Source: Lepidodermella squamata
Lineage: Eukaryota; Animalia; Gastrotricha
Reading direction: 5' to 3'
Assembly: GCA_047495785.1 (NCBI GenBank)
Contig: JBLDXI010000031.1
Location: forward strand, 1,612,001 to 1,676,000
DNA: 64,000 bases
Position numbers and translations under genes: made by a program. Position 1 is the first letter of the stretch. Each line of letters begins with the position of its first letter. The notes under the pieces were generated by a model. It made no database searches. It saw only the letters and a program-made list of their open reading frames with translations, and was not told the origin of the DNA. Below, in pieces: positions 1 through 11,378 of the stretch.

Positions 1-1370
1 AGCTTCGAATTGAGCAATGTCAGCTGAGCAGCATATTCTGCAAAAAAGGACAACGCTCAATTACTTTGAGAACAATATATTCATTGTTGGTCCGTCTACA
101 ACGATAAATGGGCAGTCGAAATCGATGAGCTTTGACCTACAACACAATAAAGTACCTTTAGGACCGCGTCGACTTGAGTAAGAATGCGTCACTGATACAA
201 AGTAGTCATCCCGGTAATGAACGAACGGGGAGCCACCACGGAGGAACAAAGAACCCGTGTTCGCCTCCTCGCTACCGATAACAAACGAGCAATCCACCTC
301 GCGTGGTTCGTCATTGCGATAGGGCATGAACTCGCATTCCATAACGCGCAGGTTGGGCAGGAATTCGTAAACAAGGCGCAAGCGGCCATTGAAAACCCAT
401 GGTGACCAGTTCTTGGCCACATTCGGCAGTTTCAGGGCTGGCCCAGTTTTCATCGAATATAATATGTTATCGTCCGATGACCATAGAAAGGGCCGCCTGA
501 ATAAAGCGAAAAAGCTCAAACTTGGAAGTTATAACAAGAAAGTTCCCCATGAATGCCTTGATAACTCTCTGCGAAACAAATTGTTCGCAAATAGACCCAA
601 AGCTCCCAAGCTCTCCATAATTAAGTAGAAATAACAAAACCAGTTTTGGATAATATAGAAGCTACCAATGCGCCCAATTTTCTTTCTGCGTACCTTAACA
701 GAGTCCTGCCACCGTAGTAATGAGCGTTGGTGACGGCCAAAAATATGGTGCCATTCAACTCGAATATTCTCGCATCTTCAGGTCCGTTATACCGCCGCTC
801 TCCTATTGGGCTTGGAATGCCCAGAAGATGGCCCGATTGAGGGATAATTTGCATCTTTTCATTTAGTTCAATCGAATATACCGAGCTGTCTTGATATCGA
901 TTCAGGCCGTCGTTGAACTGGTTCCAAACTCGTATCGCACATCGAAGAACACCCTTGTAAGGCGTACATGAACTTTGCATCGGAAACGGCCCCTCGCCTG
1001 AGAGCCATTTCTCGGAAGCTCGTACGTGGTCTGCGTACATATTCCGAACATGGCTTCTAACCGCTTCTTTGAAGTCGAATACAATCGAAGTGGTAACATC
1101 AGCTGAATCCTCGCTGATTTCATGACAGGATTCTCGTTTAACACTCGCGCTGCTCAAACTGAACTTGAAATGGCGATCGCCATTGACAGAAATTACAAAT
1201 CTGCCGTTACCCGCATCACTGACAGACGTAGCGATGGGTTCTAGTACTGGATCATTTCTTGCCCTTAATGGAGAGTTACTGTATTGAGTCAATGTAAACA
1301 GCAGCGAAAAACATGCTGATCCGACGAAAAGAAAAGCCAATGCTTTTAGCCGGCTTTCGAAGAGTACCAT
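1..1370 (-). CDS. Type II membrane GH130/GT91 (beta-mannosyltransferase)-like beta-propeller protein, paralogue 1 (3' end runs off the window)
   Basis: Exons 1370-694, 496-156, 37-<1, joined in frame by GT-AG introns. N-terminal hydrophobic anchor (ALAFLFVGSACFSLLFTL). Motifs GPEDARIF, KNWSPW, LRGGS, EYAAQLTLLN are shared with the three paralogues. The gene model is solid; the family call rests on recalled motifs. Confidence 0.75.
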
Positions 1371-2040
1371 CTCTTAGGAATTGAGCAGTGGGAACGTTTT
1401 TTTCGAATCATTCAGCCCGTTAGTGGCTATGCCTCGATATCAAATATTAGCTATCTAGGGCTACCTTAGAACAAAAATATAAGAAAATGAAGATAATTGG
1501 GCCACGCGAAACAAAGAAATGCGTCGATAAATTCTTCGATAAAGAATGGCATCAAATTTTTATGATCGAACGTATCGTCAATCCTATAATACGTTGTTGC
1601 ATTTCATAATTAAAGACTTTCGACAAAAGAGCCTTGCCTGGGTATCGATCACTTGGGAAGTCATTGTGCAATGTCGAGAGATAAAACAGCTATACTTTGA
1701 TTTGATTTAGAGACTCTCTTTAGGCTGGGCTTCATTTTCATTTTAACCCTGTTAGATCTTGCAAACCTCAGATTCATGGACAAGCCGAACTTAACTTTGT
1801 ACATGTTTTCGATTAACGTCAGCTTGGAGATTCCGCTCCGTCTATTCCGCGCTCATTTCTGAGCCCTCGAAGCGTTCTATTTCATGAATTTTTTAATTTC
1901 CCAGCACTTACTTTTGTGATTAGATTGATTTGTTAAACTGAAACTAATATTTAATTTGAATCAAGAAAGAGACTACAGAGCTTCTAAGGCGTACAATGGC
2001 AAAAGCAGTGACTAGAGGTACAGTATAGCAAAGGCGTCTG

Positions 2041-3787
2041 TTAGCTTGTGACTTTGGACATGCTCTTGTTTGCAAAATATCTGTCAATTTCTCGGCCATT
2101 AACTTCTAAGAGCCACTTTTCCATTACTCTCGGCAAGGTGATCACGTTTTTACTTGCGCACGACTTATCCGATTTGATGGCCTTTCCTGTGGAACAAAGG
2201 ATAATAATTTAGGCAGATTGGGAATCGACCAAAGAACTCACGCAAAAGCTTCTCGAATCCAGCAAGTCTGATGATAAGGCAGTGATTGTCGTTGAGACCA
2301 GCTGTGAAAATCAGGCTGTTCGATGACTCCATGAACAAACCTGTGCTAAACAGAATTGGCTTATCGGCGAGCCACTCAGCTGTTGTCACGTTTATCATGG
2401 TGTCAGGGTCTATGAATATCGGCGAAGTGACGAGTACGATTCGGTTGCGCTTAGCATTGAGCATTGTAAGCTGGGCAGCATATTCTTGCGAAAAGATCGA
2501 ATGACCGTTAACAACAGGTTTTACCAAAATTATGCCGGTTTTGCTTCCAAAATAGATAATATTCTAACGAGGCTAGTAATTAGCCAACTCATTTAGTTGG
2601 TTTTCGAACTTTGAACTTGGTAAATTTCTGTAACCTCATGATTACTAGTAATTAATGGTGACCTACCGACAGGGCCAAGCCGCCTCGTATTTGTATGGGT
2701 CACCGAAATGTAATAGTCACCGTCGTAATGGACGAATGACGAACCTCCTCGCAACACCAAGTCATTTGTACCACCTTCTTCGCTGCCTACGACGAACGAA
2801 CAATTGACAATTCTCGGGTCGTCATTGTGATAAGGCCTAAAGTCGCACTCCATTACGCGTAGGTTCGGCATGATTTCATAGACGATTCGCAGCCGGTTGT
2901 TGTAAACCCAAGGGGCCCAGTTTTTGGCGGCGGACGGCAGTTTTAGCTTATCGCTAACTTTGATCGAGTACAACACATTATCGTCCATCGACCACAAGAA
3001 TTGCCGCCTAGCAATTAGTATGGTGAAAACCGAATTTTAATCTTACTGAAGTTGGATACGAGGCATGCGAAAGATTGACTAACCTTAGAAATGTAGTGTT
3101 GTAATAATGGGCATTTGTGAAAGCCATGAAAGCTGTGCCGTTTAGTTCGAACATGCGTGCATCTTCTGGCCCGGTATACACCGGCTGTTGGATCGTACTT
3201 GGAATGCCCATGAGATCACCAGACCCAGGTATAATTTTCATATTTCCATCTAACCTCACCGTATACATGAAGCTGTCCTGATATCGGTTCAATTTGATAT
3301 CTTTAGTCAGCCGATTCCAGACTCGAATTGTGCATAAGATCGAGCCGTCATGCGGCATGCATGGGCCTTGCATTGGAAACGGCCCTTCGCCCGAAAGCCA
3401 ATTCTCCGAAGCTCGGACATGATCGGCATACATGTTGCGAACATGACTTCTTACCGTTGGCGTGAAATCGAATAAAATCGAGGAATTAACCCGTGTTCTC
3501 GCTTCTTTGAGGCTCTTGCATGTGTGAGAATTGAAATGCACCCCGCTCAAATTAAAGTAGAAATGTCGATCCCCTTTTGCCGATACCAAGAATTTCCGAT
3601 CGTATGTAGTATTTTCCTTCGTTGAATTTGTTGTTAAATTGAAGGCTCGAGTTGGACTTTGGCTTGGCATTGTTCGCACAGGTTCAAGAGAATTGTTGTC
3701 TTGCCTAAGGAAAACAACTAGCCCCAGCGTTGCTGATAGAATTAAGATGCAAGAGAAAAGTTTGACATGGTTTTCCAATAGCGTCAT
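2041..3787 (-). CDS. GH130/GT91-like type II membrane protein, paralogue 2 (477 aa)
   Basis: Exons 3787-3084, 3007-2667, 2484-2242, 2186-2041 sum to 1434 nt in frame. TM segment LFSCILILSATLGLVVFL; motifs GPEDARMF, KNWAPW, LRGGSS, FTAGLND; last exon ...LPRVMEKWLLEVNGREIDRY. Confidence 0.8.
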
Positions 3788-4920
3788 CTCCTTCAATTTC
3801 ACGCCATCCTACAAAACGTTTTGAAAATGAAAACTTTACGAAATCGGCTTGAATATTATTGAACTTTACGGCAAACAAGCGCGAGAAAGTTGGAGCCTGT
3901 GTGGCTGAGCCATATTTATTTAGGACCAAACTAATTTTAGAAAGTCAATGTATAGGCGAAAGAGAAATACCGAAAAATAAAGTAATCGATTATTCTCCCG
4001 ATGCAATAAAAATGTGATGACCCAGCCAGTTTCAAACACTGCTCTATTTAATGCATCGGTCTTTCGATCTTTTCGGCAAATACGAGGTAGAGTAGAGTAT
4101 CGATCACTATTAAATGTTCCAAAATAAGTTATAAGACTTTGTAAAATTCAGGGTAGAAACAAAGAATACTCGAGGCCCGCTTTGTAATCAAAAAAGAAAC
4201 GAATAAAAAATATTAAAATTTCCTGATAAAATGGCCTTGGAGAACGAAAACGAAAAGCGTTGTATTTTGTCCTTTTTCCAGATGAATGATGCCTTAACGA
4301 AAATGTACAATTTGGAAGGTAAGAAAAAAGGCGCAGGCACAGCACGAAAAGGGTCTCTTGGTAATTGCGTTCTTTAAAAAGGGGCACAAAAGCATTCGCA
4401 CCAGAAAAAATCGGATTTTTAAGCATGAATTCAGATTTAATTTTGACAATTGTTCACTTGGGATACCTTGCAGGGCCCTAATTGAGGGAATTTCACAAGC
4501 TGAAACCTCAATTTGTTATCACTTTAATCATGGCGATTTTTTCTGGTTTTGTCTAACTTTATTTTGGTGAGGCGTCTAAGGTAAACATCGACTGTGCGCA
4601 TAGAGTTGATGATATACAGTACGATACCAGTTTTGAAAATAAGAGCAGCTGAAATACAAGCTCTCTACTTATTTACTGGATCTTGCAGATATTACACATA
4701 GATCGTGTATGAGCTATGTGGTCTTTAAGCGGTCAGACAACAAATTCACCATTAGCTGCGGCATTTTTGGATTTTCGATCATGAAACCTCACACGAATTC
4801 TGTCATTCATGATTTCGTAACGGTACGTTGAATGAAAAATACTGCGCATCAGCTCATCCAATGTCGATTAAAAAAAGACTGACAAATGATTAAAATACTT
4901 TTTATTTGAAAATAAGCAGT

Positions 4921-6278
4921 TCAAGGAGACTCCATCCATCCCTGATTCACCGGATTCGGCTGAGTGCTATGGATGTGGTCCAAATCCCACAGAACAGGCA
5001 GTTGCGATGAAAGCACGTCTTCGAAGCATTGAGGGGGAGCGTCGGTGATATTGAAATTCTGAAGGCCGAAATGGATCATAGGCGAGAAATCAGGCGGCCC
5101 GTTCGACTCACTCTCGCCAACACCGGTCCATGGCATATTCCCGAGATTGACGCTCTTTCTACCTCGCATCGCCTTCTTCTCTTCATAGGGAATCGTGGCG
5201 ATTGCAATTGGTAGATAAACGATCATGTCGAAAACCATGGGGATATTCAAAGTTACTTCAATGTGATAGGACACCTGAATTAAAGGTGAATTTATCGATG
5301 GCGGGAGTAGGTCTGGCAGTTCGCAGGTAACTTGAGCCTCGGCGTATTTTCCAACTTCAAAATCGCCTTCAATTGGCAGGTTGAAATTCTTCCGCTGTGT
5401 CTTCTTGTCGGTTTTCGTTAAATACGTTATACGTTGGATCAAGCTGGCGTACGGCTTGGCGGCATACCCGGAATTGTTGCAGCAGATCCAGTTCAGACAG
5501 ACAGTTTCACCGGGGCAGTAAGCTGCTCGGTCGGTTTGGGCGTTTATTTCGAGGGGTTTCTTTCGACATCCGCAACAATGAGTGATTGTGCATGCATCTG
5601 AACCTCGAACAGGAAACTAAGAAGGGAAACAAATCATTAGGAATAAGAATGGGAAAATTGGAAAAATGAAAATAATGATTGAATGAAATTCGGATTGCTT
5701 ACCATAAATCTCGCAATATTAACATCGATCGGTTGTACGATTTTGATTATATGCTGAATTCTCTCGGTCGGGTACAATAGCATCCATCTATTGGGCGGAA
5801 ATTCAGTCTCAATCCAATAGCGAATGTAACCGTTTGCACCTTCGAAGGATGTCGAGAGGCTAAAAGGATCGCTACGTCAGAAAAATCTGAAATCAATCTA
5901 TATTTGAGTGACATACTTTTCAGGTAGCTGAAAGGCGAAATTTAAACAAAATTCGTTGGCGTTACTTGAAGTACCAGGATCGATAGAAGCTTCGTGTTGT
6001 AAAAGGATGAGTTCCTGGCCAGAGTTTCGATGTAGGAGTGATGCTGTTTTGATTAGAGGACACGATTCTTCTAATAATTTATTCGAGCTGGAGGCTTCTT
6101 TCTTAACAGGATCAAGCCATTCTGTCTTTGTATAGCCTCGGAAATAAACTTTCAGAGCCTCGACTCGTTTCTCCTCGCATTGGACCAAACACTGACCACT
6201 GACTAGCTCGCCAGCGTAGAAAACATTCCTGTCGTTGTCGATTTTGATCTGAAGGCTCGCCATACCCAAGGCGTTCAT
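4921..6278 (-). CDS. Arrestin-domain-containing protein (alpha-arrestin/ARRDC family), about 404 aa
   Basis: Exons 6278-5917, 5859-5703, 5616-4921 (1215 nt in frame). Arrestin_N signatures VFYAGELVSG, FAFQLP and LSTSFEGANGYIRY; Arrestin_C signatures AAYCPGET, PSINSPLIQVSY and LPIAIATIP. A second ATG at 6263 is an alternative start. Confidence 0.9.
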
Positions 6279-7243
6279 CAATTTAAACTTAATTCTTCAT
6301 TCAGGTGTCAGAGTCAGTGGTAAATAATGACGCAGTACTGGGGAATGAAAACGCAGCGTCTAGGTAAATAAATGCACGCGTATATGTTATATTCATCATC
6401 ATAGGCCGTAGTGCTATTCAACGAGGCGACTCACGACCGTGAGTAGCAGCCGTAATTTGGTTAATACATACAAGTTACTTTGCTATTCTTAGCGCATCGC
6501 CATGCTTAAGCCCATAACAGCTTGATACTACGAGTTCTGAAAAAAACAGGTTTTGCTATGGCGGTCGCTAGTAAAATACCGCAATAGGGAAGTTTATTTT
6601 GAGGAATTAGCCCAGCTAAAGTTTTAAGGCTCACTGTGCTAATACTTACAAACCGAGTATGATTGATTATTGCTATAAAAAACAAGCCGTTTGTTCAGCG
6701 TTTTTTTCGGCTGTTCTATTCGCGTATTAACCAGCGAGATGAGCGATTTATTATTTATAGCCCACCGGTATATGTATATGTATTAGGTATTAGGCATGTA
6801 GTACCAGGGGAGCATTGCAGATGCATTATGGTCGATATATAGCTTGGCGCGCTTATATTCGCATGCAGCAGTGCCCGTAGATCAGGTAAAATCAATCGGA
6901 GCCAAATCAGTGGCCAAATCATTCACAAATTTGGCGTTTGAGATTCGTCTGACGTCGCACTTGGAGGGTGGAAAAGTGAGACAGTTGCGCAAACCAGGTT
7001 ATTTAGGTTTTGTGATAACGAGAGCTTTTCCTATCGGATACCTGAAGAGCTATGAGACGCGCTGGAATTGGACGTTTCCCTTCGATTTTAGACTAACCTG
7101 AATGAAATGAACCTTCAGCTAAATAATATGGAAAAGCGAGTATTGTCCGCGTTTATTTCTTCGAGGTAATTAATTACCTAAACGATATATTCTCTTCGGA
7201 AAGCACTTTTGTGATGCTAAGAAACATCGATATTAGTTCATTT

Positions 7244-8807
7244 TCAGCTGATATCAATCTTAGGGACGTGTCTGCCGAGATAATATCGGTCTATCTCTTC
7301 GCCATTTGCTTGCTTCAGCCACGTTTCCATGCGCATTGGGACGTCGTTTAATTGCTTAGCGGTACAGTTACTCGCGGCAGCAGCTCTATCTGCATCGATG
7401 GCAGCACCTAATTCAGAAATAAGTAGAGACCTCGAGTAAGATGTACCTACAATCTACCTAGCAAATCTTGAAACCCAGTCAGCCTAATGATCAAGCAGTG
7501 ATTGTCATTGAGCCCAGCCGTGAATACCAGGCTATCAAGTGACTCGACAATCAAGCCAGTCGCGAACAGAATCGGCTTATTTGACTGCCATTCCGTACTC
7601 GGAACACCGAACATTGCTTCTATGTCGATGAATATCGGCGATGTGACTAGAGCAACACGGTTGAGTTTAGCATTCACCATAGTTATCTGAGCGGCGTATT
7701 CTGCCACAAATATCAACTGAAAGACAGCGCTTTGCGATAAATTTAGGACCTACCGACAGGACCATCTCTGTTATGATGAGAATGAGTCACGGTTATGTAA
7801 TACTCGTCCCTGTATTGAGCAAGCGAAGAACCTCCTCGTAAGATCAAACCCCCAGTATCGCCTTCGCTCGAGCCGATAATGAAGACGCAGTCAACAAGTC
7901 TTGGCCCTTCAGGCTCGTAGGGCAGGAAATCGCATCTCATAACTCGAAGGTTCGGTAGCAATTCATAGACGATTCGAAGGTTTTTTTCGTAAACCCAAGG
8001 AGCCCAGTTCTTCGCCGCGATTGGGAGATTCAGCTTTGGGCTAACTTTGATTGAATACAGGACATTTTCACTCAATGACCACAGATATTGCCGCCTATTG
8101 ACGAGAAAATGGTGACTGTTCGTATCAATCCGAAATCCAATTTAAGCTTACCTGAGTGAGTCACTGCCATGATTATGAGCGTTAGTAAAGTCTATAAACA
8201 TTTTTTCATCGATAACGAAGAGCCGCGGATCCTCAGGCCCAGTGTAGTATTCCTTTTGAACTGCAGATGGTATGCCTAGTATGTGGCCACTGCCAGGTAT
8301 GACTTTGAGATACTGATCAAGTTTAACCACGTAGATGAAGCTATCCTGGTATCGGTTGAGCGGCTTTTGCATTCGGTTCCAAATTCGTAGGGTGCAGACT
8401 AGAACATCCTTTTCCGGGAGACAAGGGCCTTGAAATGGGTAAGGCCCGGGTCCTTTGAGCCAGTCTTCACCTCGAACAACGTCTGCGAACATATTTTTCA
8501 CATGATTGTTGATTTCAGGGGTGAAATCGAGTAGAATCGAAGTTGTGACGCTAATTGAAGATTCATTTGTTCGGCAGGAATATGGGTCGTAGTGAACACC
8601 TCGTAAGGTGAAGTTGAAATGACGATCGCCACGAGTTAATATCACAAACTTGGCTTCCTCATTTTGGACCATGGAATCGTTGGCGAAAATCGGGATGATG
8701 TGGCTTTGAAAGTAGTTGAGGCGATAGAAAATGAGGCATATAGACGTTATTGCAATGATCGATAGCAGTAAAAAGGCGTAGAATTTTAGCGAAGGTGATT
8801 TAGTCAT
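7244..8807 (-). CDS. GH130/GT91-like type II membrane protein, paralogue 3 (467 aa)
   Basis: Exons 8807-8152, 8094-7754, 7700-7458, 7407-7244 (1404 nt in frame; introns 57, 53, 50 bp). Motifs GPEDPRLF, KNWAPW, LRGGSS, FTAGLND; last exon ...VPMRMETWLKQANGEEIDRY. Confidence 0.8.
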
Positions 8808-9215
8808 AGCGTACTGATTTCCATCAGAACATTTTACGTCTATTATAGGTGCAGCAGCTTCTACATCCGAAATAGTAGGCGATTCGTTGTAGTGAATGGC
8901 CTTTCATAGCCTTGTTTAGCCGCTATGCATTTTCGAGCACAGGTCGATTCATTACACTATTCACAAGTACGCTTCTTTGAAACTCGTAAATTACCTTCAA
9001 TCGAGTGCTGGGGTTCAAAAATAATCTGCGCGTCGTCCCCATGTGAACAGCTATAATATAATAATTACGTTATGACTCGATTCACACAAACCTTCGTAAA
9101 ATGATGACACCTTACTGGTTATCTTTGTCAGCTCGGTGAAGTCAGTACAAGCCAGAAGTGCCGATAAATACTTAACGGAAAAATTACTCGCAATAGGTAC
9201 TATTGGCTCGAAGCG

Positions 9216-10778
9216 CTATCGAGGACATTCAAAAATCCTGTCTATTTTTGGAACAGCTCTGTCTACAGTTTGCCTGTCGATTTCTTCACCGTTCACTCGT
9301 CTCAGCCACTCTTCCATGCCTTGAGGCACCGAGCCAAGTTTTGTTACATTATTGCATTGCATTTCAGCAGACTTATCGGCTTCCATGGCAGATTCTAAAC
9401 CGATTCTAACATTTTAACAAGAAACCCTATGATAATGCGGCTTACGAATGATCTCAGCGAATCCAGTCAATCTGACGATCAAACAATGGTTGTCGTTAAG
9501 CCCAGCAGTGAAAACCAAACTATCATAAGATTCCATTATTAAACCGGTTGCGAATAGTATCGGCTTCTGCGCGAGCCACTCTGTACTCTTTACAGTGAGC
9601 ATGGTGTTGATGTCGATAAATATCGGCGAGGTAACCAGGATTATGCGATTCAGCCGTGCATTCAGTACCGTTAGTTGGGATGCGTATTCTGAATAATTCG
9701 GTTATAATGAGATTAAAAATGAATATTCCCGTCTTACCAACTGGCCCCAGTCTGCGCATGTTGGTGTGAGTGACAGATATGTAGTAGTCACCCTGGTACT
9801 GAACTAAAGAAGAACCGCCTCTAAGCAGTAAAGCTTCAGTGCCACCCTCAATCCGCCCTACAACAAATTTTGAGCAATCGACAACTCGAGGGCCATCGAC
9901 GGGGTGAGGTAGAAAATTGCATTGCATGATTCGCAAATTCGGCATAAATTCGTAAACTATCCTTAGTTGGCCGTTGTAGACCCAGGGTGCCCAGTTTTTT
10001 GTTGCTTGATACAGCTTCATGTCTTTGTCTACTTTGATGGTGTACAACACGTTTTCGGCCATCGACCACAGAAATTGACGTCTATAGGCATAATTGAATG
10101 AGAATTTTGGAAGGATCATTGCCATAATATTCACCTTAATGACGATTTCTCGCTGTAGTGATGGTCATTTGTGAAATCTATATAGATAGTCCCGTTAACA
10201 TCGAAAATTCGCGGATCCTCCGGCCCGGTCGCCCTATCATTCTGAACCGCAGAGGGTATCCCAAGCAGCTGGCCACTTCCAGGAATGTACCGAAGGTTTT
10301 GGTCGAGTTTCAAGACATAAATTGAGCTAGCTTGGTATCGATTTCTCGTCATCTCCGGAATCCGATTCCAAACCCGAATTGCGCATAGCAGCGAATCCTT
10401 GCTGGGTATACATGGTCCTTGCATTGGGAATGGGCCTGGGCCGGTTAGCCACGACTCGCTGAGGCGGACATGTTCCGCATACATGCTCTTGACATGGTTG
10501 TTAACAAGCGGTGAGAAATCGAATAGAATCGAGGTTGTGGCTTTTCCTTTTATTTCTTTGAGGCCGCAATTGTTTGGGTCGAAATGGAAGCCTCGGAAAA
10601 CGAATGTGAAGAACCGATCACCTTTAGCTAAGATTTGAAATGTAGACTTTCCCGTGCTTAGGTATTGAAGTTTTGAGGTGTAATCTGTTGAGCTTAGATT
10701 GAAGAAGGCGAGGCAGATTGTAACGAGGACCACTGCCGGTAGTATACAGATCTTGAGCCGTTGTGAGGTTAGCGTCAT
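9216..10778 (-). CDS. GH130/GT91-like type II membrane protein, paralogue 4 (469 aa)
   Basis: Exons 10778-10135, 10081-9738, 9688-9446, 9394-9216 (1410 nt in frame; introns 53, 49, 51 bp). Motifs GPEDPRIF, KNWAPW, LRGGSS, FTAGLND; last exon ...VPQGMEEWLRRVNGEEIDR. Confidence 0.8.
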
Positions 10779-11378
10779 TTTGATCGGCTAAACACTGTGT
10801 AGATCCACTATAGTCCACCAAAACTTGTCAGCTCACTTGGCATTTCTACATGTTTTTCCAGCGATAACGTTCGATAACATGAATTCCTAAAGACGCCGCA
10901 GCGCGCAGCTTTATGCTCATACAAAACATGTTACGCTTAAATAATTCAACCGGAAAAATAGTGCGTACTTTTGATAACTACACGGGAACGAGTCTATCGA
11001 TGTAGAACAATTGTTTGTTGAGCAAAGTATTGTTTCGAACTTTGCATTAATCTTTTCAGATTTTTCGAAATCAAGGGACCTAGTTAAACGATCGTCTTTA
11101 CTAAAAAAACTCTTTTGCATTGTCACAGTTCCAATTACTTTCTGATTCCCTGAACCCTGAAGTTTTAATCGCGCTCTAGTTGATTGAATATATTGGTTAT
11201 TGGTCAATGACAGCCGTACCGCTCACGCCAATGAAGTCATTTTGCTTAGATATCAATTCCTTCGATAACAAAACGATTCATTCAACATATCATATTCATT
11301 ATTCAAAGGAAAGCCCGGACAACACGATAAAACAAGGTTCCGTTTATTTTTTTTTGTCTAAAAATGAGATCAATATTT

